A stretch of 64,000 bases of DNA from a virus (lineage: Duplodnaviria > Caudoviricetes). The DNA is taken from positions 1 to 64,000 of the IMG/VR virus record IMGVR_UViG_3300028888_000069; one strand, given 5' to 3'. A program made the translations under genes and the position numbers. Numbering within the stretch: position 1 is the stretch's first letter; every line of letters begins with the position of its first letter. This document shows, one piece after another, positions 35,770-45,473 of the stretch. The notes under the pieces were generated by a model. The model made no database searches, was not told the DNA's origin, and was given only the letters and a program-made list of their open reading frames with translations.

Positions 35770-35808
35770 GAGGCTAGATAACCCATAAAGAGTTATCTGG
35801 CCTCTTTT
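35770..35808 (+). terminator. Rho-independent terminator
   Basis: GAGGCTAGATAAC...GTTATCTGGCCTC-TTTT. Confidence 0.8.
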
Positions 35809-35832
35809 CATTTATAATTAAAACATTGAAAA

Positions 35833-37353
35833 ATGTGTAAGGTATCTAAGAAAAAAATAAAAGAATTAATAAAGGATTTAAATAATCTTTATAGTAAAAA
35901 TAAAACATTAAAAGATTCTCCAAAAGGTGCTAAGTATTTCTATCAATATAAATATATGATTTTGCACGATGAAGATTTAGATGAAGAATATAAACAGAGT
36001 TTTATGGAAGCCTATTCTAAGTTAGTAACTACTCCAGAAAAAGAAGAAATTGTTGATAATGGTGAAAGGGCTGAAACTCTTATATTAAGAGATGAAGAAG
36101 GAAAGATAAGCGGATATAAGTTTACTATTTATAGAAAATATAAAGAACCTATAACTGGCACATTTAGTAGAGATGAAATGGCTAGAATTTATAGAATGTA
36201 TTCATCTTATGGTTCAGCTTTAACTCAGAAACAAGTATCTCGTCAATTTCCTGAATATTCTTTAACTGAATTTAAAGCTATATTAAGAGCTTGGCAAATA
36301 ACAAAATCTGGTTCTGCTCCATTTCCTTTGCATTATTTTGAAGAATATACTGAACAAGAATTGTTAGACATTCAAAATAGAGAGAAGGAAAATGATTTTC
36401 TAAGAAAGGTAGAAAAGAATGAGATTGAAGATCTTCGCAAACTCAATTCTAAGTTAGCACAAAGAATAAAAGAATTAGAAGATTATTCATCTATAATTAA
36501 AGAAATAAATGAACATAAGCTAATTTCTTCTTATATTCCTGTTTCTAGTTCTTCAAAGTCTGAGAAGAAAGACTTAATTATCTGGTTAAGTGATTTACAT
36601 ATAGGTGCTTATAATGAAAAATTCGGAACTCATCATCTTCCAGAATATAATGGAGAAGAAATAAATAGACGATTAAATAAGATTATTTCTCAATTTGAAG
36701 GGCAAGAATGGGGAACTATATATGTAATAAATTTGGGAGATAATATAGATTCCTTTAAGAAGGAAACTACTAGAGGTGGACATCCGCTCCCAAGTGTAAT
36801 GAATGATAAAGAAATCTCTAAGTTGTTCATGGATTGTATGTACAGTTTCTTCTTAAATCTAAGTGATAATGTAAAGCATGATAATATTGTTTATAAATGT
36901 ATAGGAGAATCAAATCACGGTGGAGATTGGGAATGGATAAATCAAATTGCTTTATGTAAAAGTATTGAAAGTTTTGTAGATTGTTATATAAGTGATTATA
37001 GTATTGATTTCTTTACTATTAATGACAGTACTTTTATCTATACTCACGGAAAAGATAACTATCAACAATTCAAGCAATTTCCTCTTACTCTTAACGATAA
37101 GACAGAATTATATTTCACTAATTATATAAATGAAAATAATATAAATTCTCCATATTGTTATGTTGTAAAAGGGGATTTACATAGATATGCTTATACAACT
37201 GGAAATAGATTTGATTATATTTCAGTTGGTAGTATGTATGGAAGTAGTAGTTATATCACTGCAAACTTTGGTCATACTAAATGGTCTATAAATTATACAG
37301 TATTAGACCAAGATGGAAAAATGGAAATGGGCACTGTTAAGGGCCAATGTTAA
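35833..37353 (+). CDS. Calcineurin-like metallophosphoesterase with long N-terminal region
   Basis: SDLHIG, LGDNID, SNHG, THG, GDLH. Confidence 0.85.
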   Translation: MCKVSKKKIKELIKDLNNLYSKNKTLKDSPKGAKYFYQYKYMILHDEDLDEEYKQSFMEAYSKLVTTPEKEEIVDNGERAETLILRDEEGKISGYKFTIYRKYKEPITGTFSRDEMARIYRMYSSYGSALTQKQVSRQFPEYSLTEFKAILRAWQITKSGSAPFPLHYFEEYTEQELLDIQNREKENDFLRKVEKNEIEDLRKLNSKLAQRIKELEDYSSIIKEINEHKLISSYIPVSSSSKSEKKDLIIWLSDLHIGAYNEKFGTHHLPEYNGEEINRRLNKIISQFEGQEWGTIYVINLGDNIDSFKKETTRGGHPLPSVMNDKEISKLFMDCMYSFFLNLSDNVKHDNIVYKCIGESNHGGDWEWINQIALCKSIESFVDCYISDYSIDFFTINDSTFIYTHGKDNYQQFKQFPLTLNDKTELYFTNYINENNINSPYCYVVKGDLHRYAYTTGNRFDYISVGSMYGSSSYITANFGHTKWSINYTVLDQDGKMEMGTVKGQC

Positions 37354-37365
37354 AATTTATTTTAA

Positions 37366-37749
37366 ATGGAATATAGTAATTTTAAAATTGAAAGTGTATT
37401 ATCTCTTTTAGACAGATGTTTATCAGGTCAACACATAGACAAATTTTGTATTAAAACTAATGGAGAAATGGACAATTTTTATATTACATTTAGTGATATA
37501 GAAACCAAAACTCCAATTTATACTTTATGTGTTAGATACACTTCTAGCAAGGAATATGTTTTAGATGTGGAGGTTCCACATTCTAGTGGCACGATAAAAA
37601 TAAATTCATTAGAACATTCAATTCTTTTTAATAGATTTTGTGTTATAAATCAAATTAAAAGTAATCTAATTGAAAAGGATTTAAATGAAATATATCCTGT
37701 AGAAGTAGAGAAGATAAAAGCAACTGATATAAACGAATTAGACGATTAA
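37366..37749 (+). CDS. Hypothetical protein
   Basis: 127-aa ORF. Confidence 0.7.
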   Translation: MEYSNFKIESVLSLLDRCLSGQHIDKFCIKTNGEMDNFYITFSDIETKTPIYTLCVRYTSSKEYVLDVEVPHSSGTIKINSLEHSILFNRFCVINQIKSNLIEKDLNEIYPVEVEKIKATDINELDD

Positions 37750-38531
37750 TGGAAATTACATTAGATGAACTACTAAAAGGAAAAGCTACCAGAATTAAAG
37801 GTAAAGATTACTTTCCTACTGCTGGTTATGTAGAACCTTTCTTGGATAGAATATCTTCATTAACAAATGATTTAAGAATACAAGTTCAAACTCCTAATCA
37901 AATAACTTTAAATCCAAATGGAGACATTGATTTTGAAGACATTACTTATAATAGGGTATGGATTCAGGCAGTTTTGCCAGATTCTTATTCTATTATAAAT
38001 CACAAAAATGTCATAGGAATGATATATGGACTTGATGTTAGAAAGCCTGTTGTAAAGTTTTATAAAGGTGCTTTAAATATGGCTTGCACTAACTTATGTG
38101 TATTTGATCCAGAAGAATTAGATTGTGCTGCTATTGAGCCAGAGTCTGCTATTAACTTTAAGAATCTCAGCAGGTTAATAGAACAAACTGATAAAGCAGC
38201 TGCTTGGTTAAATTCGCTTTCTAGTACTGAGTTTAAGACCGATGAATATAATATAAATGAAGCATTAGGAAGATGGATTAGAAATTGTATAACTTCTTTC
38301 TATGATACAGGTTTTGGAAAAGCAAAAATAGCTTGTAGTACTCCTGTTGATGCGTATAAAGATATGTTTGAAAAAGAAGACAGCCCTTATTACATTGGAA
38401 TGAATAATCCTACTACTATGTTTACTGTTTACAATGCTTTTACTCAGCAACTTACAGATAATCTGAAAAAGGATTTAATGAATCAGGCTGAAAAAACTCT
38501 TCTTTTAAAACAAGTTTTAGATTTAGAATAA
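37749..38531 (+). CDS. DUF932-like protein
   Basis: FYKGALNMACTNLCV and T.FTVYNAFTQ patterns. Confidence 0.6.
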   Translation: MEITLDELLKGKATRIKGKDYFPTAGYVEPFLDRISSLTNDLRIQVQTPNQITLNPNGDIDFEDITYNRVWIQAVLPDSYSIINHKNVIGMIYGLDVRKPVVKFYKGALNMACTNLCVFDPEELDCAAIEPESAINFKNLSRLIEQTDKAAAWLNSLSSTEFKTDEYNINEALGRWIRNCITSFYDTGFGKAKIACSTPVDAYKDMFEKEDSPYYIGMNNPTTMFTVYNAFTQQLTDNLKKDLMNQAEKTLLLKQVLDLE

Positions 38532-38565
38532 TTTGAATTTTTTAAAATTAGTGATATATTTATAT
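38532..38565 (+). promoter_or_regulatory. Candidate promoter TTTG-N19-TATATTTATAT upstream of nrdD
   Basis: Third exact copy of the 11-mer with an upstream TTG element. Confidence 0.6.
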
Positions 38566-38592
38566 GGTATATCACTAATTTTTTATTTTTAT

Positions 38593-40707
38593 ATGAAGAT
38601 ATTAAAAAGAAACGGCACTTATGAAGAAGCTGACTTAAACAAGATTAGAAATGCTATTTGTTCAGCATTTAATTCTCTTGGTTATGGTTTAGATAAAGAA
38701 ATATATGATGAGATAGTTAATAATGTAAAATTATGGGAAGGAATATCTGTAGAAGAAATTCAAGACGAGGTCATAGAAACTCTTAGGGATTTTGATTTTA
38801 ATGAAGTAGCAGATGCTTATCTTATATATAGATATAAGCATAAACGTATTAGAGATATGGTTTTAGATAAAAAGAATTTTATAAATAAATATAAACAATC
38901 TTCTAATACAGCCAATGCTACTATCGATGATAATTCCAATGTATCGGGAAAGAATATAGGAATACTTAATGCAGAAATACATAAAGAAGACAACAAAATG
39001 ATAAGTAGGGGAATGATTACAGATAAACTAAAAGAATTATTTCCTGATTTTGATTCAAAACAATATATAAAAGATTTAGAAAATCATATTATTTATAAAC
39101 ACGATGAATCTTCTTTCGCCGGAGCAATAGCCCCTTACTGTTGTAGTATCTCAATGTATCCTTTCCTATTAAATGGAATAAAAGGATTAGGAGGATTAAG
39201 TGCAAAACCAAAGAATCTGGATTCTTATTGTGGAATGTATATAAATCTTATATTTGCTGTGGCAGGTCAATTTGCAGGAGCTGTTGCTACATCTGAATTC
39301 CTTTTATACTTTGATTACTTTGCAAAAAAAGAATGGGGAGAAGATTATTATAAATGCTCTGACAAAATTATTACTAATGAAAACGATCTTCGTACTATGT
39401 CTATTAAAAAGAAAATACATCAATATTTTCAACAAGTAGTTTATAGTATTAATCAACCTGCAGCAGCAAGAGGAATGCAAAGTGCTTTTGTAAATATCTC
39501 ATATTTTGACAAACCTTTCTTTGAAGCAATGTTTGATAATTTTGTATTTCCTGATTTTTCTAAACCTACTTGGGATAGTTTAAATTGGCTACAAAAAGAA
39601 TTTATGCAATGGTTTAATGAAGAAAGACTCAAATGTATTCTTACTTTTCCAGTAGAATCCTTTGCTTTGATTTATAAAGACGGCGAATTTTTGGATAAAG
39701 AAAATGCAGATTTTGTAGCAGAAATGTATTCAAAAGGACATAGTTTCTTTACTTATATCTCTGACACAGCTGATTCTTTATCTAGCTGTTGTAGATTAAA
39801 GAATAAAGTGACCACTAATGAATTTAGTTTTACTAATGGAAATATGGGAGTAGAAACAGGGTCTAAAAGCGTTATTACTCTTAATCTAAATAGAATAATT
39901 CAATCTAATCCTAATAAAGAAGATTTAAAAGAATACTTAGAAAGTATATTAGATAGGGTATATAAATATCATATAGCTTATAATGAACTCTTATGGGATA
40001 TGTATAATGCTAATTTATTACCTGTCTATAAACAAGGATTTATATCTTTGGATAAACAATATCTTACTATTGGATTAAATGGATTGAACCAAAGTGCTGA
40101 ATATCAAAATTTAGAATGTACTCCTAATGACTATTATAGAAATTATTGTACTTATATATTTAAAATAATAAAAGATTACAATAAGAAAAATAGTGGAAAA
40201 TATTTTGGACATAAAGTAACATTTAATTGTGAATTAGTTCCTGCTGAATCATTGGCTGCTAAGAACTATAATTGGGATAAAGCTGATGGATATAAAGTGC
40301 CAGAAGATACTAATCTATATGCTTCTTATATATTTAAACCAAATGATCCTAACACATCTATCTTAGAAAAGATAGCAATGCACGGGGCTGGATATATAGG
40401 AGAATATTTAGATGGAGGAAGTTCTGCTCACCTTAATCTTTCAGAACATTTATCAAAAGAACAGTATAAGAAATTATTAAAATTTGCAGCTGATGTAGGT
40501 TGTCAATATTTTACATTTAATGTTCCTAATTGTGAATGCGATGATTGTGGTTTTATAGCTAAACAGCCATTTGATAAATGTCCTAAATGTGGGTCTACTA
40601 ATATTAGTCTATATGATAGAATAATAGGGTATTTAAGTAAAATAGATAATTGGGCACTTCCCCGTCAAATAGAACAAAAAACTAGAGTATATGCTAAAGA
40701 TATATGA
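38593..40707 (+). CDS. nrdD: Anaerobic (class III) ribonucleotide reductase
   Basis: ATP cone MKILKRNG (true start 38593), IYKHDE, SSCCRL, ELVPAE, CDDC..CPKC, glycyl-radical RIIGYL. Confidence 0.95.
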   Translation: MKILKRNGTYEEADLNKIRNAICSAFNSLGYGLDKEIYDEIVNNVKLWEGISVEEIQDEVIETLRDFDFNEVADAYLIYRYKHKRIRDMVLDKKNFINKYKQSSNTANATIDDNSNVSGKNIGILNAEIHKEDNKMISRGMITDKLKELFPDFDSKQYIKDLENHIIYKHDESSFAGAIAPYCCSISMYPFLLNGIKGLGGLSAKPKNLDSYCGMYINLIFAVAGQFAGAVATSEFLLYFDYFAKKEWGEDYYKCSDKIITNENDLRTMSIKKKIHQYFQQVVYSINQPAAARGMQSAFVNISYFDKPFFEAMFDNFVFPDFSKPTWDSLNWLQKEFMQWFNEERLKCILTFPVESFALIYKDGEFLDKENADFVAEMYSKGHSFFTYISDTADSLSSCCRLKNKVTTNEFSFTNGNMGVETGSKSVITLNLNRIIQSNPNKEDLKEYLESILDRVYKYHIAYNELLWDMYNANLLPVYKQGFISLDKQYLTIGLNGLNQSAEYQNLECTPNDYYRNYCTYIFKIIKDYNKKNSGKYFGHKVTFNCELVPAESLAAKNYNWDKADGYKVPEDTNLYASYIFKPNDPNTSILEKIAMHGAGYIGEYLDGGSSAHLNLSEHLSKEQYKKLLKFAADVGCQYFTFNVPNCECDDCGFIAKQPFDKCPKCGSTNISLYDRIIGYLSKIDNWALPRQIEQKTRVYAKDI

Positions 40708-40963
40708 TTTTTATGCCACTTGGTGTGGCCCTTGTAAAGTACTGAAGAAGAGCCTTTCCGAAATAAAAGGAGTTGATATAGAAGAATTTGATATAGAAGA
40801 GAATGATGAATTATTGTTTAAATATGATGTAAGAAATGTGCCAACTTTGATATTTCTTGACGGCGATAAAGTTTTAGGAAAAGAAGTTGGGGCAAAAAGT
40901 GCTTCACAATTAAATGAATTAATAAATAAATACAATGAAATTATACATAGTAACGAATCTTGA
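40691..40963 (+). CDS. Thioredoxin
   Basis: FYATWCGPCK, VPTLIF. Confidence 0.92.
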   Translation: MLKIYDFYATWCGPCKVLKKSLSEIKGVDIEEFDIEENDELLFKYDVRNVPTLIFLDGDKVLGKEVGAKSASQLNELINKYNEIIHSNES

Positions 40964-41153
40964 GGATGCTGAAAATCCTTATGTTATTAATATATGTTCT
41001 AATTTAGAAACAGCAGAAAAGTTAGTAGAACAGTATAAAAATAATTACGAGTTAGGAGGCTATAGAGTTCCAGAATTTTCTATAGACGAAGCAGATACAG
41101 ATAATGATATAATATATGATGTATATGAATACCACGACTCTAATAATTCCTGA
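40935..41153 (+). CDS. Hypothetical protein
   Basis: 72-aa ORF. Confidence 0.65.
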   Translation: MKLYIVTNLEDAENPYVINICSNLETAEKLVEQYKNNYELGGYRVPEFSIDEADTDNDIIYDVYEYHDSNNS

Positions 41154-41835
41154 TATTCATGGAAGAGATTTTTGGGAAAAACCTTGTAAAGAATGGGATG
41201 GTCCTATAATATTCTTAGGTGATTATTTTGATCCTTACCCTTCTGAGGGTATTAATGTAGAAGACGCAATAGAAAATGGAAAGAATTTAATATCTTTTAT
41301 AAAAAGTAGGGATAATATAATTACTCTAGCTGGAAATCACGATTGTCATTATATTATAAATGATTTTACAGTTAGCACTAGAAAATCCTATGAATATTTA
41401 GATGAGATAAAAGATCTATTAAATCAAATTCCACTACAATTAGCCCATCAAATAGATAATTTCTTGTTTACCCATGCTGGTGTATCTAAATTTTGGGGAG
41501 ACGAAATATCATCTTTTGAAGGCAATACAGTAGAGGTGTTAAATTCTCTTTTTGAAAAAGCTCTTAATGGAAATGCTGAAGCTACCTATATATTAGGAAT
41601 GGTAGGTAGAGAAAGGGGAGGATATTATAAATCAGGTTCTTGTGTATGGGCTGATATATATGAAACTATTGCTAGTGATCCTTATAAAGGATTTACCCAA
41701 GTTGTAGGACATACTCAAGTAAAAAATGTATGTTATGCAAAAGATCTTGATCCTAATTATAATTCTATTTATTATGTGGATTGTAGAAAACCAAGTATAT
41801 TAACTGATAATAAAATAATAGAATATGAAAACTAA
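41125..41835 (+). CDS. Calcineurin-like metallophosphoesterase
   Basis: PDIHG, FLGDYFD, GNHD, THAG, VGHT. Confidence 0.9.
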   Translation: MNTTTLIIPDIHGRDFWEKPCKEWDGPIIFLGDYFDPYPSEGINVEDAIENGKNLISFIKSRDNIITLAGNHDCHYIINDFTVSTRKSYEYLDEIKDLLNQIPLQLAHQIDNFLFTHAGVSKFWGDEISSFEGNTVEVLNSLFEKALNGNAEATYILGMVGRERGGYYKSGSCVWADIYETIASDPYKGFTQVVGHTQVKNVCYAKDLDPNYNSIYYVDCRKPSILTDNKIIEYEN

Positions 41836-42193
41836 ATGTTATATACTTACAGAAGACTTAATGGAACCTCATTTTGAAAATAATTATGAGGGAGAAAGAA
41901 TCGGAATTTATTACGATAAAGAAGATGCTATAAAACAGTTGTATAAGGAACTTGAGGATTTTAAATCTGATATAAAAGAAAAAATATGGGATGTAGAAAA
42001 TCCTGAAGAAGAAAAGAATTTAGAAAGCGAATTTTCTTACCTGCGTTATGGCAATGATGAATTATATAAATTTTGGGAAATATACCCTGTTTATATATAT
42101 GGAAATGCTAACAAAGAATTATGCAAGGATCTACTTAAATTAGATGTCAATTCGGCATTAGCATTAATAGAGAAAATAGCTTATGACTCTTAA
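41825..42193 (+). CDS. Hypothetical protein
   Basis: 122-aa ORF. Confidence 0.7.
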   Translation: MKTKCYILTEDLMEPHFENNYEGERIGIYYDKEDAIKQLYKELEDFKSDIKEKIWDVENPEEEKNLESEFSYLRYGNDELYKFWEIYPVYIYGNANKELCKDLLKLDVNSALALIEKIAYDS

Positions 42194-42665
42194 ATACTTA
42201 ACTTCTGATGTAACTTTTTTAGAATTTCCTGATGAAATTTCTTTATGTATAAACATTAGCGGATGTCCAAACAAATGTGAAGGATGTCATAGTCCAGAAT
42301 TATGGGAAGACAAAGGAGCTTTATTAAATATTAATAATTTAGAATCTCTTATAGAACATAATGAAGGAATAACTTGTATAGGTCTAATGGGCGGAGACCA
42401 AGATCCCGGTGAAATAAATTCTCTTGCTGCTTATATAAAAGAAAGCCATCCTACTTTAAAGGTAGGATGGTATTCAGGAAAGGATAAATTACCAGAAGAA
42501 ATAGAACTTAAAAATTTTAATTATATTAAATTAGGTCCTTATATAAAATCTTTAGGTGGATTAACAAATCCTAAATCTAATCAGAACTTTTATGAAATAA
42601 GGGATATAGGAGTAGGTTATGTTTTACATAACGTAACTAATAAATTTATAAGAAAAAATGTATGA
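42183..42665 (+). CDS. nrdG: Anaerobic RNR activating protein (radical SAM)
   Basis: EFPDEISL, CPNKCEGCHS, MGGD, YIKLGPY, SNQ. Confidence 0.93.
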   Translation: MTLKYLTSDVTFLEFPDEISLCINISGCPNKCEGCHSPELWEDKGALLNINNLESLIEHNEGITCIGLMGGDQDPGEINSLAAYIKESHPTLKVGWYSGKDKLPEEIELKNFNYIKLGPYIKSLGGLTNPKSNQNFYEIRDIGVGYVLHNVTNKFIRKNV

Positions 42666-42927
42666 TGTAACTATAATTTATGATAATCCCCAAACTATTG
42701 AACTATTCAATATGGTCCCAAATAAAAAAGACATTTTTGTTGAATATATAGATATTAATAATCAAAAGGATCGTTCTAATGCAGTCAATTTAAAGAGAGC
42801 CTGGGGAGCAAGAAAGAATCCGTTTGTTATTGTAAAGAACAAAGATAATATAGAAAAGATTTTCTGGTCAGAAGGAAAAGATGATGCTGTTAATCAATTA
42901 ATTAAATGGATAAATGAGCTTGATTAA
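42658..42927 (+). CDS. Thioredoxin/glutaredoxin-fold-like protein lacking CxxC
   Basis: WGARKNPFVIV pattern. Confidence 0.5.
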   Translation: MYDVTIIYDNPQTIELFNMVPNKKDIFVEYIDINNQKDRSNAVNLKRAWGARKNPFVIVKNKDNIEKIFWSEGKDDAVNQLIKWINELD

Positions 42928-42940
42928 GAAATAAGAAAAA

Positions 42941-43381
42941 ATGAACGTTAAAATTAAAAAACTTAATGAAAATGCTGTAATCCCTTCTTATGCAAAACCT
43001 GGGGATGCAGGAATGGATTTAACTTCTATTAGTTACGAGTATGATGAAAATGCTGATAATCATATCTATGGTACAGGAATAGCTTTGGAAATACCAAAAG
43101 GATATGTTGGATTAATATTTCCAAGGAGTTCTAATAGAAAAACAAATAGTTATTTAACTAATCATGTTGGTGTTATAGATTCTGGTTATAGAGGTGAAAT
43201 AATGTTTACTTTTAAAAACAGGGATTCTAAGATGTTAGCTATTCCAGAAAAGCCTTATAAAGTTGGGGATAGAATAGGTCAAATTATTATTTTGCCTTAT
43301 CCAGAAATCAATTTTATAGAAACAGATGAACTTAATGATTCTGAAAGAGGAGAGAATGGACATGGAAGCACTGGAAACTAA
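42941..43381 (+). CDS. dut: dUTPase (trimeric)
   Basis: DAGMDL, PRSS, GVIDSGYRGEI, RIGQ, RG.NGHGSTG. Confidence 0.96.
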   Translation: MNVKIKKLNENAVIPSYAKPGDAGMDLTSISYEYDENADNHIYGTGIALEIPKGYVGLIFPRSSNRKTNSYLTNHVGVIDSGYRGEIMFTFKNRDSKMLAIPEKPYKVGDRIGQIIILPYPEINFIETDELNDSERGENGHGSTGN

Positions 43382-43697
43382 AAAAGATAGTTTTATTAAG
43401 CTAATTAATTCCATTAAAAATATAGAAACTTTCGTAGACAATGCCGCTTCGTGCGGCATTGATCTTATAGAGTCTTCTTTATACAATGATAGTGGGATTA
43501 TATTTGATATAGCTTTAGATGGATTGGGTTTAAAACAAGATACTAAAGACCTCATTTATTGGTGGCTATATGAAACGGTAGACAAAGTAATTTTTATAGA
43601 AACAGACGATTTATTTGGAAAACATAAGAAGGAAATAGATATAAAAGATGTTGAAGATTTATGGAAATATGTTAAGTATATAGAAAATGCAGACTGA
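43362..43697 (+). CDS. Hypothetical protein (DLIYWWLYE)
   Basis: ORF between dut and the ligase; start uncertain. Confidence 0.7.
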   Translation: MEALETKKDSFIKLINSIKNIETFVDNAASCGIDLIESSLYNDSGIIFDIALDGLGLKQDTKDLIYWWLYETVDKVIFIETDDLFGKHKKEIDIKDVEDLWKYVKYIENAD

Positions 43698-44934
43698 TTT
43701 ATTTAATACAGAACCTTTATTACAATTTCCTGCTGTTAATTATTTAGCTACCAGAGATTCTAAAGGAGCTATTAGAGTTGTAGAACTTTTTTGTGATTGG
43801 AGTGATGAAGAACATGCTTTTATTATAAGTAGAAAAACAGGTATATTTAAAATGAAGCAGACAAAGCAACCTGAAATTATAATAAGGCGAGGAAAATCTA
43901 ATAGAACTGTAACAGAACAAGCAAGATTAGAATATAAAGCTAAACTTAAAGAATATAAAGATAAAGGATATAAAGAATTAGAAAGGCCTTGGTCTCAATA
44001 TTCTGATAAAGAAATAAGTGATTTAGTAGGAGAATATAAAACAACTCAAGAAGGTCTTTTAAAACCTATGCTTGCTAAACAATATCAAGACATTGCTCGT
44101 AAAAATGTCTTTGATAAACAGTACTATGGTTCTAGAAAGATTAATGGAGTAAGATGTTTATTATATTGGGATGGAAAAAGAATAAGAGCACATTCTAGAG
44201 GTTCTATATATTATGATTTTGTTCTTAGTCATATAGTAACTCATCCTCTTTTGGTTAAACTTTTTGAAAAGAATCCTTCTTTAATAATGGATGGAGAAAT
44301 ATATAAACATGGATGGACATTAAATAAAATAAGCGGAATTTGCAGATCACAACAAACTGCTTATGATGGAGATCCATTAGAGTTTTATTGGTATGATATT
44401 GTTGATGTTACTAAATCTTTTAAAGATAGGTTTAAAATAATGAATGCTATTTCTAAAGTTATTGGTGCATCTTTTGATCCAGAAAAAGAATGGAAAGAAG
44501 AAGATTTAAAAATACAATTTGTTCCACAAGTATTAATATCTGGAATCGATAATATGAAGAAATTACATGATGAATACGTTAAAGAAGGATGGGAAGGACT
44601 TGTTGTAAGAAACGTAGAAAGTGTATATAAACCAGGAAGTCGTTCTGCTGATATGATTAAAATAAAGAAATACTTTGATGGGGAATATAAAATTATAGGT
44701 ATAAAAGAAGGATTGAGAGAAGAAGATATGTGTTTTGTAATGGAAACTTCTAATGGCCAAGAATTTAATGCCAAGCCTATAGGAGACAGAGAACAAAAGA
44801 AATGGTATAGAGAACATCTTGATGAATTAATAGGGAAAATGGGAACTCTTAAATTCTTTGAGATGTCTGGAAAAGAAGGAAGCGAAATACCACAACAACC
44901 TATATTTTTAGGAGTAAGAGATTCAGAAATGTAA
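43687..44934 (+). CDS. ATP-dependent DNA ligase
   Basis: KPMLA, RKINGVRC, MDGEIY, EGWEGLVVR, MIKIK, OB-fold C-terminus. Confidence 0.92.
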   Translation: MQTDLFNTEPLLQFPAVNYLATRDSKGAIRVVELFCDWSDEEHAFIISRKTGIFKMKQTKQPEIIIRRGKSNRTVTEQARLEYKAKLKEYKDKGYKELERPWSQYSDKEISDLVGEYKTTQEGLLKPMLAKQYQDIARKNVFDKQYYGSRKINGVRCLLYWDGKRIRAHSRGSIYYDFVLSHIVTHPLLVKLFEKNPSLIMDGEIYKHGWTLNKISGICRSQQTAYDGDPLEFYWYDIVDVTKSFKDRFKIMNAISKVIGASFDPEKEWKEEDLKIQFVPQVLISGIDNMKKLHDEYVKEGWEGLVVRNVESVYKPGSRSADMIKIKKYFDGEYKIIGIKEGLREEDMCFVMETSNGQEFNAKPIGDREQKKWYREHLDELIGKMGTLKFFEMSGKEGSEIPQQPIFLGVRDSEM

Positions 44935-45473
44935 TGGATTTAATTATTAACAGCAGTTTTTTAAGAGAACTTGATTTAAGTAAATTTCTTAGATATTTTG
45001 CATGTTATGAATTTATAAGTGATGAAATGCTAAAGGATGATTTAGCATTAGAAGATGCTATAAAAGATATATGTGATTGGGATAGAACAGGACACGATGG
45101 CCTTGCTTTATATTGTGGCCATTTTGAAAGTATAAAAAGAAACGATTTAGAATTTCTTATTAAATATATAAAGGATAACTCTGATAAACTAAAAGAAATA
45201 GTTGAAGAAAGAGGCTCCGAAAAAAGAGAACAGATATTAAGGGAAAAGTTAGATAAGGAAGCCTTAAAGATAAGAAAATTAAAAGACTATTATAATTCTG
45301 ATAACTATAAAGTGAATAAATCTTCTAAGAAAACTATTTATAAAGGAAGAGAATATGATAGTAGAAGAGAATGTATTATAAAAGAAGGAATAACTAAGGC
45401 AGAATTATATAAGTATTTAGTTGAGCAAAATCCAGAAGAGTTTGTTGAATTAAGAAAAAAATATAAATTATGA
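44934..45473 (+). CDS. Hypothetical protein with C-terminal NUMOD1/HTH-like segment
   Basis: YKGREYDSRRECIIKEGIT. Confidence 0.7.
   Translation: MDLIINSSFLRELDLSKFLRYFACYEFISDEMLKDDLALEDAIKDICDWDRTGHDGLALYCGHFESIKRNDLEFLIKYIKDNSDKLKEIVEERGSEKREQILREKLDKEALKIRKLKDYYNSDNYKVNKSSKKTIYKGREYDSRRECIIKEGITKAELYKYLVEQNPEEFVELRKKYKL

Noticed and set aside
38533-38592. TTG-started hydrophobic N-terminal extension of NrdD
   Set aside because: The ATP-cone domain begins at ATG 38593 and the extension coincides with the promoter-like motif
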